Positions 52,450-61,504 of a stretch of 64,000 bases of DNA are shown one piece after another. Position numbers and translations under genes: made by a program. The notes under the pieces are model-generated. The model was not told the DNA's origin and did not search any database. It was given only the letters and a program-made list of their open reading frames with translations. Source of the stretch: an uncultured Acidobacteriota bacterium (GTDB taxonomy: Bacteria; Acidobacteriota; UBA6911); assembly GCA_963843575.1 (NCBI GenBank), contig CAWJKZ010000014.1, positions 704,001 to 768,000 on the forward strand, written 5' to 3'. Position 1 is the stretch's first letter. Every line of letters begins with the position of its first letter.

Positions 52450-54507
52450 ATGAAAACTGTGCTCCAGGAACACTCCTTGGACTGGGCGCTGACCCACGTA
52501 TCCCGATTCTGCGACAACGACTTTTTCCCGGCTATGTTCGAATTCAATGTCTTTGCTGGGGATTGGAATGAAGTCAGGATGCATATCCTCGCCATTGACC
52601 TGCAGGCGCACCTTCCAAGACCGCCGCTGGTTCGCTTCGCTCCGAAGCTGGCGGGATCCTTCCGGATACTCCATCGCCTCGACCCCATCGATTCGCTGAT
52701 CTATACCGCCCTTGTGCACGAGATCAACGAGACGTTGGAAAAATCCCGAGGCATGGGATCCACGGCATCCATTCACCCCTTCCGCATCGAGCCCTCCGCC
52801 AACGGGTCATTCTTCGGCGGCCGAAATTCGTGGCAGCAACACACCGAAAAACTTGAAAACCTGGCGAAGCAGTACCGCTGCTGCGGGCCTCAGAACACCG
52901 GCGGGTTCGTATTCATGGCGGATATCCACGACTTCTTCGGCAACATCCAGCCACGCCGGCTGATCCAGATGCTGCTCGAATCGGGCGCCGTGGGCGCGGA
53001 GCGAGCCCAAGCGCTCGGGCGCTTCCTTCCCGCGGTCTGCACCGGGGCCGGGCGTGGCATCCCCGCCGGCCCGGGGGCCAGCAGGGTCCTTGCCGAGTTG
53101 CTCTTCGCAGGCATCGATCAGAAGATCCTCCAGTACACGACCGACTTCACGCGGTGGGGCGACGACCTGCGGATGTTCTTCCGGACGCGAGAGGCGGCGG
53201 AAACGGCGCTACGCGATGTGACCACGCATCTGCATGCGATCCATGAATTGAGATTCGCCCCGCTGAAGACGCGCATTGTGCCGGTGGATGAATTCCTGGC
53301 GCACCACTTCAAGAGCCGGCCCGACGAATCCGCGGATGCCGGGGCCGCGGAGGTCCGGTTGAGCCAGCTCGTCGGGCAGAGCCCCCATGCCCTGCATTAC
53401 CATTGGATGTCCTCGGATGCAGCTGCACCCCCGTCGCAGGAAACAGGCGTTTACGCCACCCTGCAATCGCTACCTGAGCACGCGGAGGTTGGGACGGCGT
53501 ACGTCGTTCACTTCAACCGCGCGGTCGAAGGCAGCCCGCCGGATCTCCTCGCCGCACGGCGCATCCTGCGCAAAGCCGCGGCATACCGAGTCCGCACCCT
53601 CCTCCCGGGCGTGCTGGCGCATTTCGACAAGCTTGCCCCCGTGATTCGAGAAACGGCGATCTACCTGAAATCGGTTCTGGACACGGAGAACGTCCGGACC
53701 CACGCCAAGGAAATCCGCGAGATGTGGGAGGGGAGGCTCCACTCCTCCTCGTTCATCAACGAGTGGATGGGGCACGTGTTGACCCACCCTGCTTTCAACG
53801 AAATCGATTTGCCTGCGCATTACAGCGAGCTCGTGGATGTCAGGAGCAAGGCCCTGATTGCACTGCGGAAGAATGATGTGGATTGGGTCAGGAGGCACGC
53901 GGCTCAGCTGGACACCTTCGATCTGTGGGACAGGCGGGCGGTCCTCTATGCCTGCTCCGTGCTGCCCGAAGGCGAACGGGCGGACGTCGCGAGAATGGCC
54001 CTGGCCCGAGGGGGCATCACCGAGCGGGCCGTGGCGCGGCACATCGAGCCCGGGTCCGTCGCCGCAGCCGCGTCGGCCAGACTGAGGGGCCGGATCGGGG
54101 CCCCGGACAACTATCCTTCCTATGGCGACAAGGCGTTCAGGAGTCCGGACAGTGATCTATCCCGCGGCTACCGCGTCGAAGCCCCGGACAACTACCCCGC
54201 GTATGGCACCAAGGCCGTGGCCCCGAGCCCGCACTGGCTGAGCGAGCGCATCCCGGAACTGGATGCGCTGCTGAGGGAGCATGGTCCCGAAATCACCGTA
54301 GGCATCCAGGACTCGATCGATTCCGGCAACTGCATGTCGGGAACCGAATCGTTCCGTCGCGACCTTCTGGCACGCCTGGAGTTGAAGCCGGACACCGCTG
54401 CCGTTCCGGCCAGCGCGCTGCTGGCGCACCGCGACGACCCGTTGACCCGTAGGGCGGCCCGGGCCGCGGCCCTGCGCTGGAAGGAACTGCAAGGCAAGAA
54501 ACCGTGA
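52450..54507 (+). CDS. Reverse transcriptase, UG/Abi (DRT-like) type, with helical region and C-terminal extension
   Basis: GGAG RBS; PK..GSFR..HRLDPID, MADIHDFFGNI, GIPAGPGASRVLAE, RWGDD, LRFAPLKTRI. Confidence 0.88.
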   Translation: MKTVLQEHSLDWALTHVSRFCDNDFFPAMFEFNVFAGDWNEVRMHILAIDLQAHLPRPPLVRFAPKLAGSFRILHRLDPIDSLIYTALVHEINETLEKSRGMGSTASIHPFRIEPSANGSFFGGRNSWQQHTEKLENLAKQYRCCGPQNTGGFVFMADIHDFFGNIQPRRLIQMLLESGAVGAERAQALGRFLPAVCTGAGRGIPAGPGASRVLAELLFAGIDQKILQYTTDFTRWGDDLRMFFRTREAAETALRDVTTHLHAIHELRFAPLKTRIVPVDEFLAHHFKSRPDESADAGAAEVRLSQLVGQSPHALHYHWMSSDAAAPPSQETGVYATLQSLPEHAEVGTAYVVHFNRAVEGSPPDLLAARRILRKAAAYRVRTLLPGVLAHFDKLAPVIRETAIYLKSVLDTENVRTHAKEIREMWEGRLHSSSFINEWMGHVLTHPAFNEIDLPAHYSELVDVRSKALIALRKNDVDWVRRHAAQLDTFDLWDRRAVLYACSVLPEGERADVARMALARGGITERAVARHIEPGSVAAAASARLRGRIGAPDNYPSYGDKAFRSPDSDLSRGYRVEAPDNYPAYGTKAVAPSPHWLSERIPELDALLREHGPEITVGIQDSIDSGNCMSGTESFRRDLLARLELKPDTAAVPASALLAHRDDPLTRRAARAAALRWKELQGKKP

Positions 54508-55223
54508 ATCGACCTCTCGGCATGCATCTGGAGGAGGTCGCCGTGCTCATGGGCGGCTTCCTGCGCGGCTTTGAAGACAGCCGTGTGCACCTGGGCACGG
54601 CGGCACGTTTCGCCGGGGAATTCGGCAGGTTGATGCGGATACCGGCGCTTCACCCTTCGGCGGGGGACAAGGCCGTATCGTATGCCGAAGCAGCCGGATC
54701 TTACCGGGTTCCCGAACATGCCGTTTTCGACGCGAGAGCGGCCGATCCAGTTTCCGTCCTGATCAGGGGTCTCACCGGGTCGCCGGCGCTGGAGTCGGCA
54801 CACCCGCTTGGGGTCCTGCATCCGGAGAGCCTGCGCGCGGATCTCGGCCGGCTGTTGCGCATCCCGCTCTTGCGCTTCTACCTCCAAGTTGCGAAACGGG
54901 AGGCGTTTTGCACGCTGTTGAAGGGGATCGCCCAGCACGGCGGCTTCCCCGTCTCGGGCACTCTGCGGGGATTGCCCGACGCTTGCCCGGCCTGTGGGCA
55001 TCGGCTGGCCTTTGATGCCGGCGGCGCCCCCCAGTGTCCTGCCTGCAGCCAGACACTCGAGACCTTTCTCACGCTCCCGATGGTACCCGGCGTCCGGGCG
55101 CTGGTCTCATACGAGATGCTGCGCCAGGTGCTCGAACTCAATCTCGTGGAAACGTACCAGGAGGAGAGTGAAATCCGGCCCCTCCGGCCCGAGAGCCAAG
55201 CCCCGCATGACCACAACCGATGA
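54504..55223 (+). CDS. Hypothetical protein with CPAC-x13-CPAC zinc ribbon
   Basis: GTGA overlap with the RT stop; 3' end overlaps the next gene's start. Confidence 0.7.
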   Translation: MNRPLGMHLEEVAVLMGGFLRGFEDSRVHLGTAARFAGEFGRLMRIPALHPSAGDKAVSYAEAAGSYRVPEHAVFDARAADPVSVLIRGLTGSPALESAHPLGVLHPESLRADLGRLLRIPLLRFYLQVAKREAFCTLLKGIAQHGGFPVSGTLRGLPDACPACGHRLAFDAGGAPQCPACSQTLETFLTLPMVPGVRALVSYEMLRQVLELNLVETYQEESEIRPLRPESQAPHDHNR

Positions 55224-57063
55224 GAAGATACACCCTTTTCTGACAAGGTCGCTCGCCGACAGGCGCACTCTGCTGATCGCCGAGCATGTGCAGGCTGCTC
55301 TCCATTTCGAGTTTGCCGACGAACACATCGAGGAACGCGAGTACGACGAACAGGAACGGCTGCGAGTCCACCGCACGATCGATCGCAAGGTCTTCCGGGG
55401 CGACACCTACGCCCGCTACTCGCGCATCGTTTCCGGGCTTCGCAAGCAGGGTTTTGCCGGGGAAAACCTCGACGCGAAGGTCAGGGCGCATCTGGCCAGG
55501 GACCTCGGATCCGTTGCTTCCGCCGTGAACGTCCGGGATGACGTCGAGGGATCGTTGCGGCGGTACGCCGACATGTTGCCGCAACACAAGTGGCCGGTAG
55601 TCCTGTGCATAGCTCGGGCACTCGAAGAGGCCGGCCGCCTCAAGGAACGCCTGGCTTCGCTCGGATTCCCGGTCCTTTCCGAAGGATTACTGGAGAGACT
55701 CGGAATCGTCTGCTGCGGCTGCCCTCCCGAACAGAGCTTTGTCCGCCACGTCGCCAGCCTTCCCAACACCGGCGCGGTCGCCGACGCGTTGACCCCCGTG
55801 AAGGCGCCGGAACCGATGTCGGTGAGCACCACGATGGTGGAAACCCGGCTAATCCTCGGCATCACCCCGGACATGGCTGAGAAATACGGCCATGATGTCA
55901 CGCTCGCTGTCTTGGACACGGGCCTCGATCGCAACCATCCGGCCTTCGCCGCAATGTCGCACGAAGATTACGCGAACTTCACAGCAGAAGAAGATACGGA
56001 CGTTCAAGGTCATGGCACGCACGTCGCGGCCATTGCCGCCGGCAACGACCGAACGTGCGACGGCCGATATTCAGGGATCGCCCCCCGGAGTCACCTGGTC
56101 GCGGCGAAAGTCATGTCGAGGAGGCAGGACGGAACCCTCGAGTCCGTCCTTCGCGGGATGGCCTGGGCCGTCTTCGAAAAGCGCGCAGACATCCTCAGCC
56201 TGTCGCTCGGCGACTGCGGGACGCCGCCCAACGGGATGTCCATCTGGACACGGGCTTGCGAAGAGTCCTTTCGCCAGGGAACCGTGGTTTGCGTGGCAGC
56301 AGGCAATCCGTGTCCTCCCTACCCGCAATCCATCACCGTGCCGGGCGATTCCGTCCACGCCGTCACGGTTGGAGCAATCGACCGGAAACGTCAACTGGCC
56401 GGCTTTTCCGCTCTGGGGAGCACCGATCCAAACTCGCCGCTATTCGGAAAGCCCAACTGCGTCGGCCCCGGGGTGGATATCGTGGCGGCCCGCTCTGCTT
56501 CGGCAACCTACGGGCCCGCGGAAATCGTGGACCAGCTGCACGTTCGGCTCTCGGGTACAAGCATGGCGACGCCGGCCGTTGCCGGATGCCTGGCGCTGCT
56601 GAAGTCCAAGGCACGTTCTCACGGCTGGGACATCAGCCCGGCGGAGCTGGCGGATCTGTTTTACGCGGCATGCCTGCCGCTGAGAAATGCAGCCGGGCGG
56701 GAATACCGCAGCGACATCGAGGCGGGCCATGGGTTGGTGGATATGCGCGCGGCGTTCCGCGAAGCAGAGCGGCAGGCCTCGTCGCGCGCTTCCCAGGGTA
56801 TAGACAGCGCCGCGAGAGTGGAACAGGTGGGTGGACATCCGGAGCCCCTCCCCGCGGCAGTTGCAGGTAGTGCTTCGATCCAACCGGCGCAGTTCGAGCC
56901 CGGCGTCTGCCATCGCTGCGGCCAACACTACCTCGGCAGAATCGGGACCTTCTCGCCGGTGTGGGTGTGCGCGCATTGCGCTGCACCGCTTTGCGTCGTC
57001 TGCTGGCAGCTTGGCTGCCGCGAATGCGCAAAGCACAAAGCCGGCGGGGCGCAAGCCCAGTGA
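55207..57063 (+). CDS. S8 family serine peptidase (subtilase), no signal peptide, Cys-rich C-terminal zinc finger
   Basis: Catalytic triad motifs AVLDTG, HGTHVA, SGTSMATP; oxyanion AAGN. Confidence 0.92.
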   Translation: MTTTDEKIHPFLTRSLADRRTLLIAEHVQAALHFEFADEHIEEREYDEQERLRVHRTIDRKVFRGDTYARYSRIVSGLRKQGFAGENLDAKVRAHLARDLGSVASAVNVRDDVEGSLRRYADMLPQHKWPVVLCIARALEEAGRLKERLASLGFPVLSEGLLERLGIVCCGCPPEQSFVRHVASLPNTGAVADALTPVKAPEPMSVSTTMVETRLILGITPDMAEKYGHDVTLAVLDTGLDRNHPAFAAMSHEDYANFTAEEDTDVQGHGTHVAAIAAGNDRTCDGRYSGIAPRSHLVAAKVMSRRQDGTLESVLRGMAWAVFEKRADILSLSLGDCGTPPNGMSIWTRACEESFRQGTVVCVAAGNPCPPYPQSITVPGDSVHAVTVGAIDRKRQLAGFSALGSTDPNSPLFGKPNCVGPGVDIVAARSASATYGPAEIVDQLHVRLSGTSMATPAVAGCLALLKSKARSHGWDISPAELADLFYAACLPLRNAAGREYRSDIEAGHGLVDMRAAFREAERQASSRASQGIDSAARVEQVGGHPEPLPAAVAGSASIQPAQFEPGVCHRCGQHYLGRIGTFSPVWVCAHCAAPLCVVCWQLGCRECAKHKAGGAQAQ

Positions 57064-57433
57064 GCCATCCCCCCGCTGATCTTGCGCAATGAAGCGCACC
57101 AGTCGGTCCCCTGGATTACCCCAATCACCGTTTCCCGCCGATTCCGGATGATCACCCGATCTTCCGCTGCAAAGGCCATTCATTGGACCGGGCCCGGTGA
57201 CCTGGTGGAAGACGATTCCTTGTTTCAGACCCTCCACGACGAAGAGTTCGAGGAGCCACGTGGTCTGCTCTGCGATCTCCGCGCCGCTGTTCCGAAAATT
57301 GACGACACCGTGGAGATTTGTAGAGATCGCCTTGGAGGTGAGCTTCAAAAACTCACCTCCAGGCGGTATCCGAAACTGGGATGAACCTCAAGCGGATCTC
57401 CTGCGTATGCTTATGACAAGAGAGGATACCGCC

Positions 57434-58918
57434 ATGAAACCGATGAGCCTTGCACTGATGATGGTTGTGCTGGCTTTCACTCGCTTCTCCTTCGGCGCTG
57501 CCGAGAGCGGGGTCGCACGCGATCCCGCGGTAAGCGCGGCACTGACCCAACTCGATGTGCAGCTGGCTGCCGTGTTGAAGGAACGCAATCTACCCGGTCT
57601 TTCGGCGTGCGTCGTCTATGACCGGGAGTTGATCTGGGCCAAGGGGTATGGATACGCGGACCTGGAGTCTCGAGTTCCGGCGGACGCGGACAGCATCTAC
57701 GAGATCGGTTCCGTTACGAAGCTGTTCAACGCGGTGATGCTGATGAAGCTGAGAGACGCGGGCCGGCTGAGCCTGGACGATCCCATCGAGAAGTACCTCC
57801 CCGAGTTTAAGGTCAAGTCCAGTTTCCCGGATTCGCGACCCCCGACGTTTCGCGAGGTGGTATCCCATGTAAGCGGCCTGCCGCGGGAGTTCGGGTTCGA
57901 CGTGGGCAAGTCCGGCCACCTTCAGCAGTATCCGGCCGCGGTGGTGCTGGCCGGGATCAAGGACAAGGAAATGCAGTACCCCGCCCATTCCGGCTTTCAC
58001 TACTCCAACCTTGGAATCTATATCATCGGGCAGGCCTTGCAGAAGATCGCCGGCGAACCCTACACGCAGTACATGCAACGAAACGTCTTCGACCCGCTCG
58101 GGATGCGGAGTACCGGGTGGGAGTACACCGAGGCGATGAAGCCGCACAGGGCGATTGGCTATTTGGCCGCAAAGCCGGACGGCAGCAGGGAGGTTGCGCC
58201 GCTCTTCGTCCCGGGAGACTTTGGCGTTTCGGCCGGCGGGATTCAGTCCTCCGTCAGAGACATGGCCAAATTCATCTCGTTGCAGTTCGGTGAGGGCCCC
58301 GCCGCAGGCGCACAGATACTCGGGGGCACAACCCTGCGGGAAATGCGTTCCTCCCTGGTCCCCGCAGAGAACTGGCTATGGGGTTACGGGATCGGCTGGG
58401 AGGTCGAAAAGTACACGCGCCATGTGGGCATCTGTCACACGGGCGGCACCCTTGGGTTCGCCAGCAAGGTCCGCGCTGTGCCGGACCTCAAGCTCGGCTT
58501 CGTGTTGCTCGTCAACCAGGATACGGATTCGGACGAACTGAGCCGCAAGCTGGTCGAGGGGCTCATTCCCGCTTTCGAACAGGTGGCAAAGAAGCGTTCG
58601 CTGCAGGAAAAGCCGCCGCTCCCCGCCGACGCCGCCAGGTACACCGGGCACTACGCCTGCGAGTTCGGCGTCGCCGACATCAGCATCCTCGACGGCCGTC
58701 TGGTCCTGATCACCACGGAAGCGGATGGATCGAAGGGCGCGCCGTGGATACTGGAAGCGCGGAAAGACAGCACGCTCCTCGTTAAATCCGGGTCCGGAAA
58801 TTTCGACGGCCTCGTCGTCGCTTTCCACCCGGCGACCGCGACGGAACCGGCAAACATCGAACTCCTCGGAGTGAAGTTCCCGAGAAAAGGGGAGGGACCC
58901 CCCGCGAACAACCCGTGA
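57434..58918 (+). CDS. Exported serine hydrolase, beta-lactamase family
   Basis: Signal peptide; SVTK (SxxK), YSN, PLGM, HTGG. Confidence 0.9.
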   Translation: MKPMSLALMMVVLAFTRFSFGAAESGVARDPAVSAALTQLDVQLAAVLKERNLPGLSACVVYDRELIWAKGYGYADLESRVPADADSIYEIGSVTKLFNAVMLMKLRDAGRLSLDDPIEKYLPEFKVKSSFPDSRPPTFREVVSHVSGLPREFGFDVGKSGHLQQYPAAVVLAGIKDKEMQYPAHSGFHYSNLGIYIIGQALQKIAGEPYTQYMQRNVFDPLGMRSTGWEYTEAMKPHRAIGYLAAKPDGSREVAPLFVPGDFGVSAGGIQSSVRDMAKFISLQFGEGPAAGAQILGGTTLREMRSSLVPAENWLWGYGIGWEVEKYTRHVGICHTGGTLGFASKVRAVPDLKLGFVLLVNQDTDSDELSRKLVEGLIPAFEQVAKKRSLQEKPPLPADAARYTGHYACEFGVADISILDGRLVLITTEADGSKGAPWILEARKDSTLLVKSGSGNFDGLVVAFHPATATEPANIELLGVKFPRKGEGPPANNP

Positions 58919-59456
58919 TGACGGCCGCTGCCGCGATCGCGTCCCGGCCGGAGACGGACAATGCGCTGACCCGGATTGGGCGCGACGGGCTGGAGGCCGG
59001 CGTGTCGCCCGAACGCTTGAAACGGAACCTGGCGCGCAATCCCTGCCGGCAATCTCACAATCACGACAAGTGTCTACTACACAGACGAGTCCATGGATTC
59101 GCGCGGAAACCGGCGAGTTCGAGGAAAACCCGAATTCGATCGTCCTCGGCATCGCGGCAGGGCCACAGCGCAAGGCGACCGCGCTCGACGCCACTGCCGG
59201 CGACACCGCCGTCGCCGAGGCAACCTACGACCCGTGCACAAACAGGCTTCGCGCAAGAAAGTTCCTGCGCGTCGCCGGACGTCTGTACCTTGTGGGCCTC
59301 GAATGCGAGTGCCACAGGAAGTAGTCCGTCTTCGCAACGCAACGCGTTAGTAGCGACTTCCCGCTGACCAGCCGAAATACATTGTCACAGCCCGGAAGTC
59401 GGCTGCACGGATGGTGACCGGCATGAAAGAAGACAATCGCTATTGCTTCACGCTCA

Positions 59457-59728
59457 GCTGGCTTTCACGGTTTCCGGCACTCGGCCGCCAGTCCGATCAA
59501 CAACGAGACCGGCAATCTGAAGCTCGCGCAGAATCTCCTCGGCCACTCCACTCTCCAGATGACCCGGACACCTACACGCACACCTCAACCGAGGCCCAGC
59601 GGGAGGCAGCCGAGGTTTTGGAACGGACAATTTTCGGAAATCTGTTCCCAATTGTTCCCATAATCGGGAACAGGAACAATCAATTAACGCAAAGGCCACG
59701 CAGGTCTGCCAAGCCTGCAGGTGCTTGA
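59457..59728 (+). pseudogene. Tyrosine recombinase (integrase) C-terminal remnant
   Basis: GFHGFRHSAAS...LKLAQNLLGHS..QMT/(frameshift)DTYTH; HxxR, H and Y catalytic motifs. Confidence 0.85.
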
Positions 59729-59765
59729 AATCATGAAGCTTACGGGACTGAAAAAACAAAGAAAG

Positions 59766-59843
<78 letters not shown>

Positions 59844-59868
59844 TATCCAAGTAGAGGCAAATCCTAGC

Positions 59869-60637
59869 CTAATTCTTGCGACCGATCAACCCAATTCCAG
59901 GCAGTCGAACAGGATGCGACAGGTTTGTCTCTTCGCCCATCAGCCACTGGGCGGCATCGTAGTCCGTCTGGTCGCGCTGAAGGGGGGTGATCGAAATGTA
60001 GTGCTCGAGGATGGCATGGAAGTCGAGCGGCATCCCCCCGAGGTCCGGCTTCCCCGCCCCGGGGTCCTCCCCTGCCCCGTTAAAGCCGGGGTAGTGCGGT
60101 GCGCATCCCTGCCGCGTGATCTTCACCCCGCGCACCTTGCGGACCGGTACGTTGACGTTGAGGCAGACACCGAGCCGCACATCCCGATCGAGCAGCGAAC
60201 GCACCAGGGTGCGGGCAAACCTGGCCGCGTCCTTGAACTGCACGGGCTTGTCGTCGTACGCCTGCGAGATGGCGACGGCGGGAAGACCGTTCTTGGAGGC
60301 CTCCCGCGCGGCGGCCACGGTGCCCGAATACATTATGTCGTCTCCGAGATTCGCACCCGCGATTGATGCCGGAAATGACCAGGTCGGGGCGTTGGGGCGC
60401 GATGTGTCTCAGGGCGTATATCACGCAGTCCGCAGGTGTTCCGTCCAGGCTGAAGCGGTTCGGCGAGAGCTTGGTGACGGTGAGCGGGGCATGGATGGTG
60501 AGGCCGTGGCTGACGGCGCTGCGCTCGCGGTCGGGCGCCACGACGAGGATATCCGCAATGCCTTGGAGGGATACCTCCAAGGCGACCAGCCCTGCGGCTT
60601 CTATACCGTCGTCGTTGGTAAGTAGAATGAGTGCCAC
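59869..60637 (-). CDS. surE: 5'/3'-nucleotidase SurE (frameshifted)
   Basis: [27 protein letters not shown]. Confidence 0.93.
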
Positions 60638-60651
60638 GAGAAAAAGAAAAA

Positions 60652-60728
60652 TGGTCGGGACGAGTGGATTTGAACCACCGACCACACGCACCCCAAGCGT
60701 GTGCGCTACCAGGCTGCGCTACGTCCCG
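60652..60728 (-). tRNA. tRNA-Pro(GGG)
   Basis: CGGGACG acceptor stem, anticodon arm CACGC-TTGGGGT-GCGTG, GGTTCAAATCC, CCA end. Confidence 0.97.
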
Positions 60729-60747
60729 ACCGACAAAAAGCACAGTA

Positions 60748-61146
60748 TCATTCGCGTTCGAGCAAAGTCAATATGTTCTCCAGTTCGGCCCGAACCTGCT
60801 TCAACTGCGAGGGCGCCTTCGATTTCTGCGCAGGAGGTTGAGCGGGTTGGCGGCGGCGCCCCCTCCGGTCGGCAGGCCGGGGAGGGTGCGTCGCCGGGCG
60901 GGGCGCTCCGGTCGCGAGCTGTTTTCGGGCTCCCGCGATCGTGAAACCGTCCTCGTATAGCAGCCTCCGGATCTCGAGCAGCAGTTCGATGTCTTTCGGC
61001 CGGTACGTCCGCTGCCCGGCCTTGTTCTTCGGCGGGGCGAGGCACGAAAACTCGCTTTCCCAGTAGCGCAGCACGTAAGCTTCGACGCCGAGGATTTCAC
61101 AAACCTCGCCGATTTTGTAGTAGAGCTTCGTGGGCGTGAACGGCAT
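60748..61146 (-). CDS. MerR family transcriptional regulator
   Basis: [29 protein letters not shown]; ihf-merR-tRNA-Pro context. Confidence 0.92.
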   Translation of the reverse strand: MPFTPTKLYYKIGEVCEILGVEAYVLRYWESEFSCLAPPKNKAGQRTYRPKDIELLLEIRRLLYEDGFTIAGARKQLATGAPRPATHPPRPADRRGRRRQPAQPPAQKSKAPSQLKQVRAELENILTLLERE

Positions 61147-61151
61147 GAGGA

Positions 61152-61421
61152 TCAGACCGACTTAAGGTACTTCGAGGGCTTGAAAGTTATCGCCTTGCGT
61201 CCGGGAATGACCATCGAATCCCCGGTCTTGGGATTGACCCCCTTCTTGTCTTTCCGGCGGACGGTGCGGAAACAACCGAAACCGCTGATCAGGACTTTTT
61301 CCCCTTCGCCGAGCCTTCGCTTGATAATCTCCAGAATCAGTTCCACGACCTTCTGGGCGTCCGCCTGGGACAATCCGCCGTGCGCATCATAAACTGCTTT
61401 GCTCAAGTCCTTCTTGTTCAC
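61152..61421 (-). CDS. ihfA: Integration host factor alpha / HU family DNA-binding protein
   Basis: ISGFGCF, GVNPKTG, FKPS; position before merR. Confidence 0.8.
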   Translation of the reverse strand: MNKKDLSKAVYDAHGGLSQADAQKVVELILEIIKRRLGEGEKVLISGFGCFRTVRRKDKKGVNPKTGDSMVIPGRKAITFKPSKYLKSV

Positions 61422-61504
61422 ATCGAGCGCCCGTTCCGCGCGGAAGGTGGAGATGGCTGGAGTGGTTCGACAGAGCTAATACTAGTGTCGAGCCCGCGGC
61501 ACTG

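Noticed and set aside
45940-54507. Diversity-generating retroelement (RT near an FGE-sulfatase target)
   Set aside because: I found no template repeat matching the kinase 3' end, no Avd-like gene, and the RT has GIPAGPGAS rather than the DGR-type G.PIGNLTSQ motif.
52450-54507. Group II intron or classical retron
   Set aside because: No GTPQG/YADD, maturase domain or intron domain V; no NAxxH/VTG retron motifs or msr-msd inverted repeats seen.
57082-57384. Small ORF after the S8 gene as a fourth operon member (and 59070-59324)
   Set aside because: Weak starts, no clear RBS and no motifs; cannot support, though worth rechecking in homologous loci.
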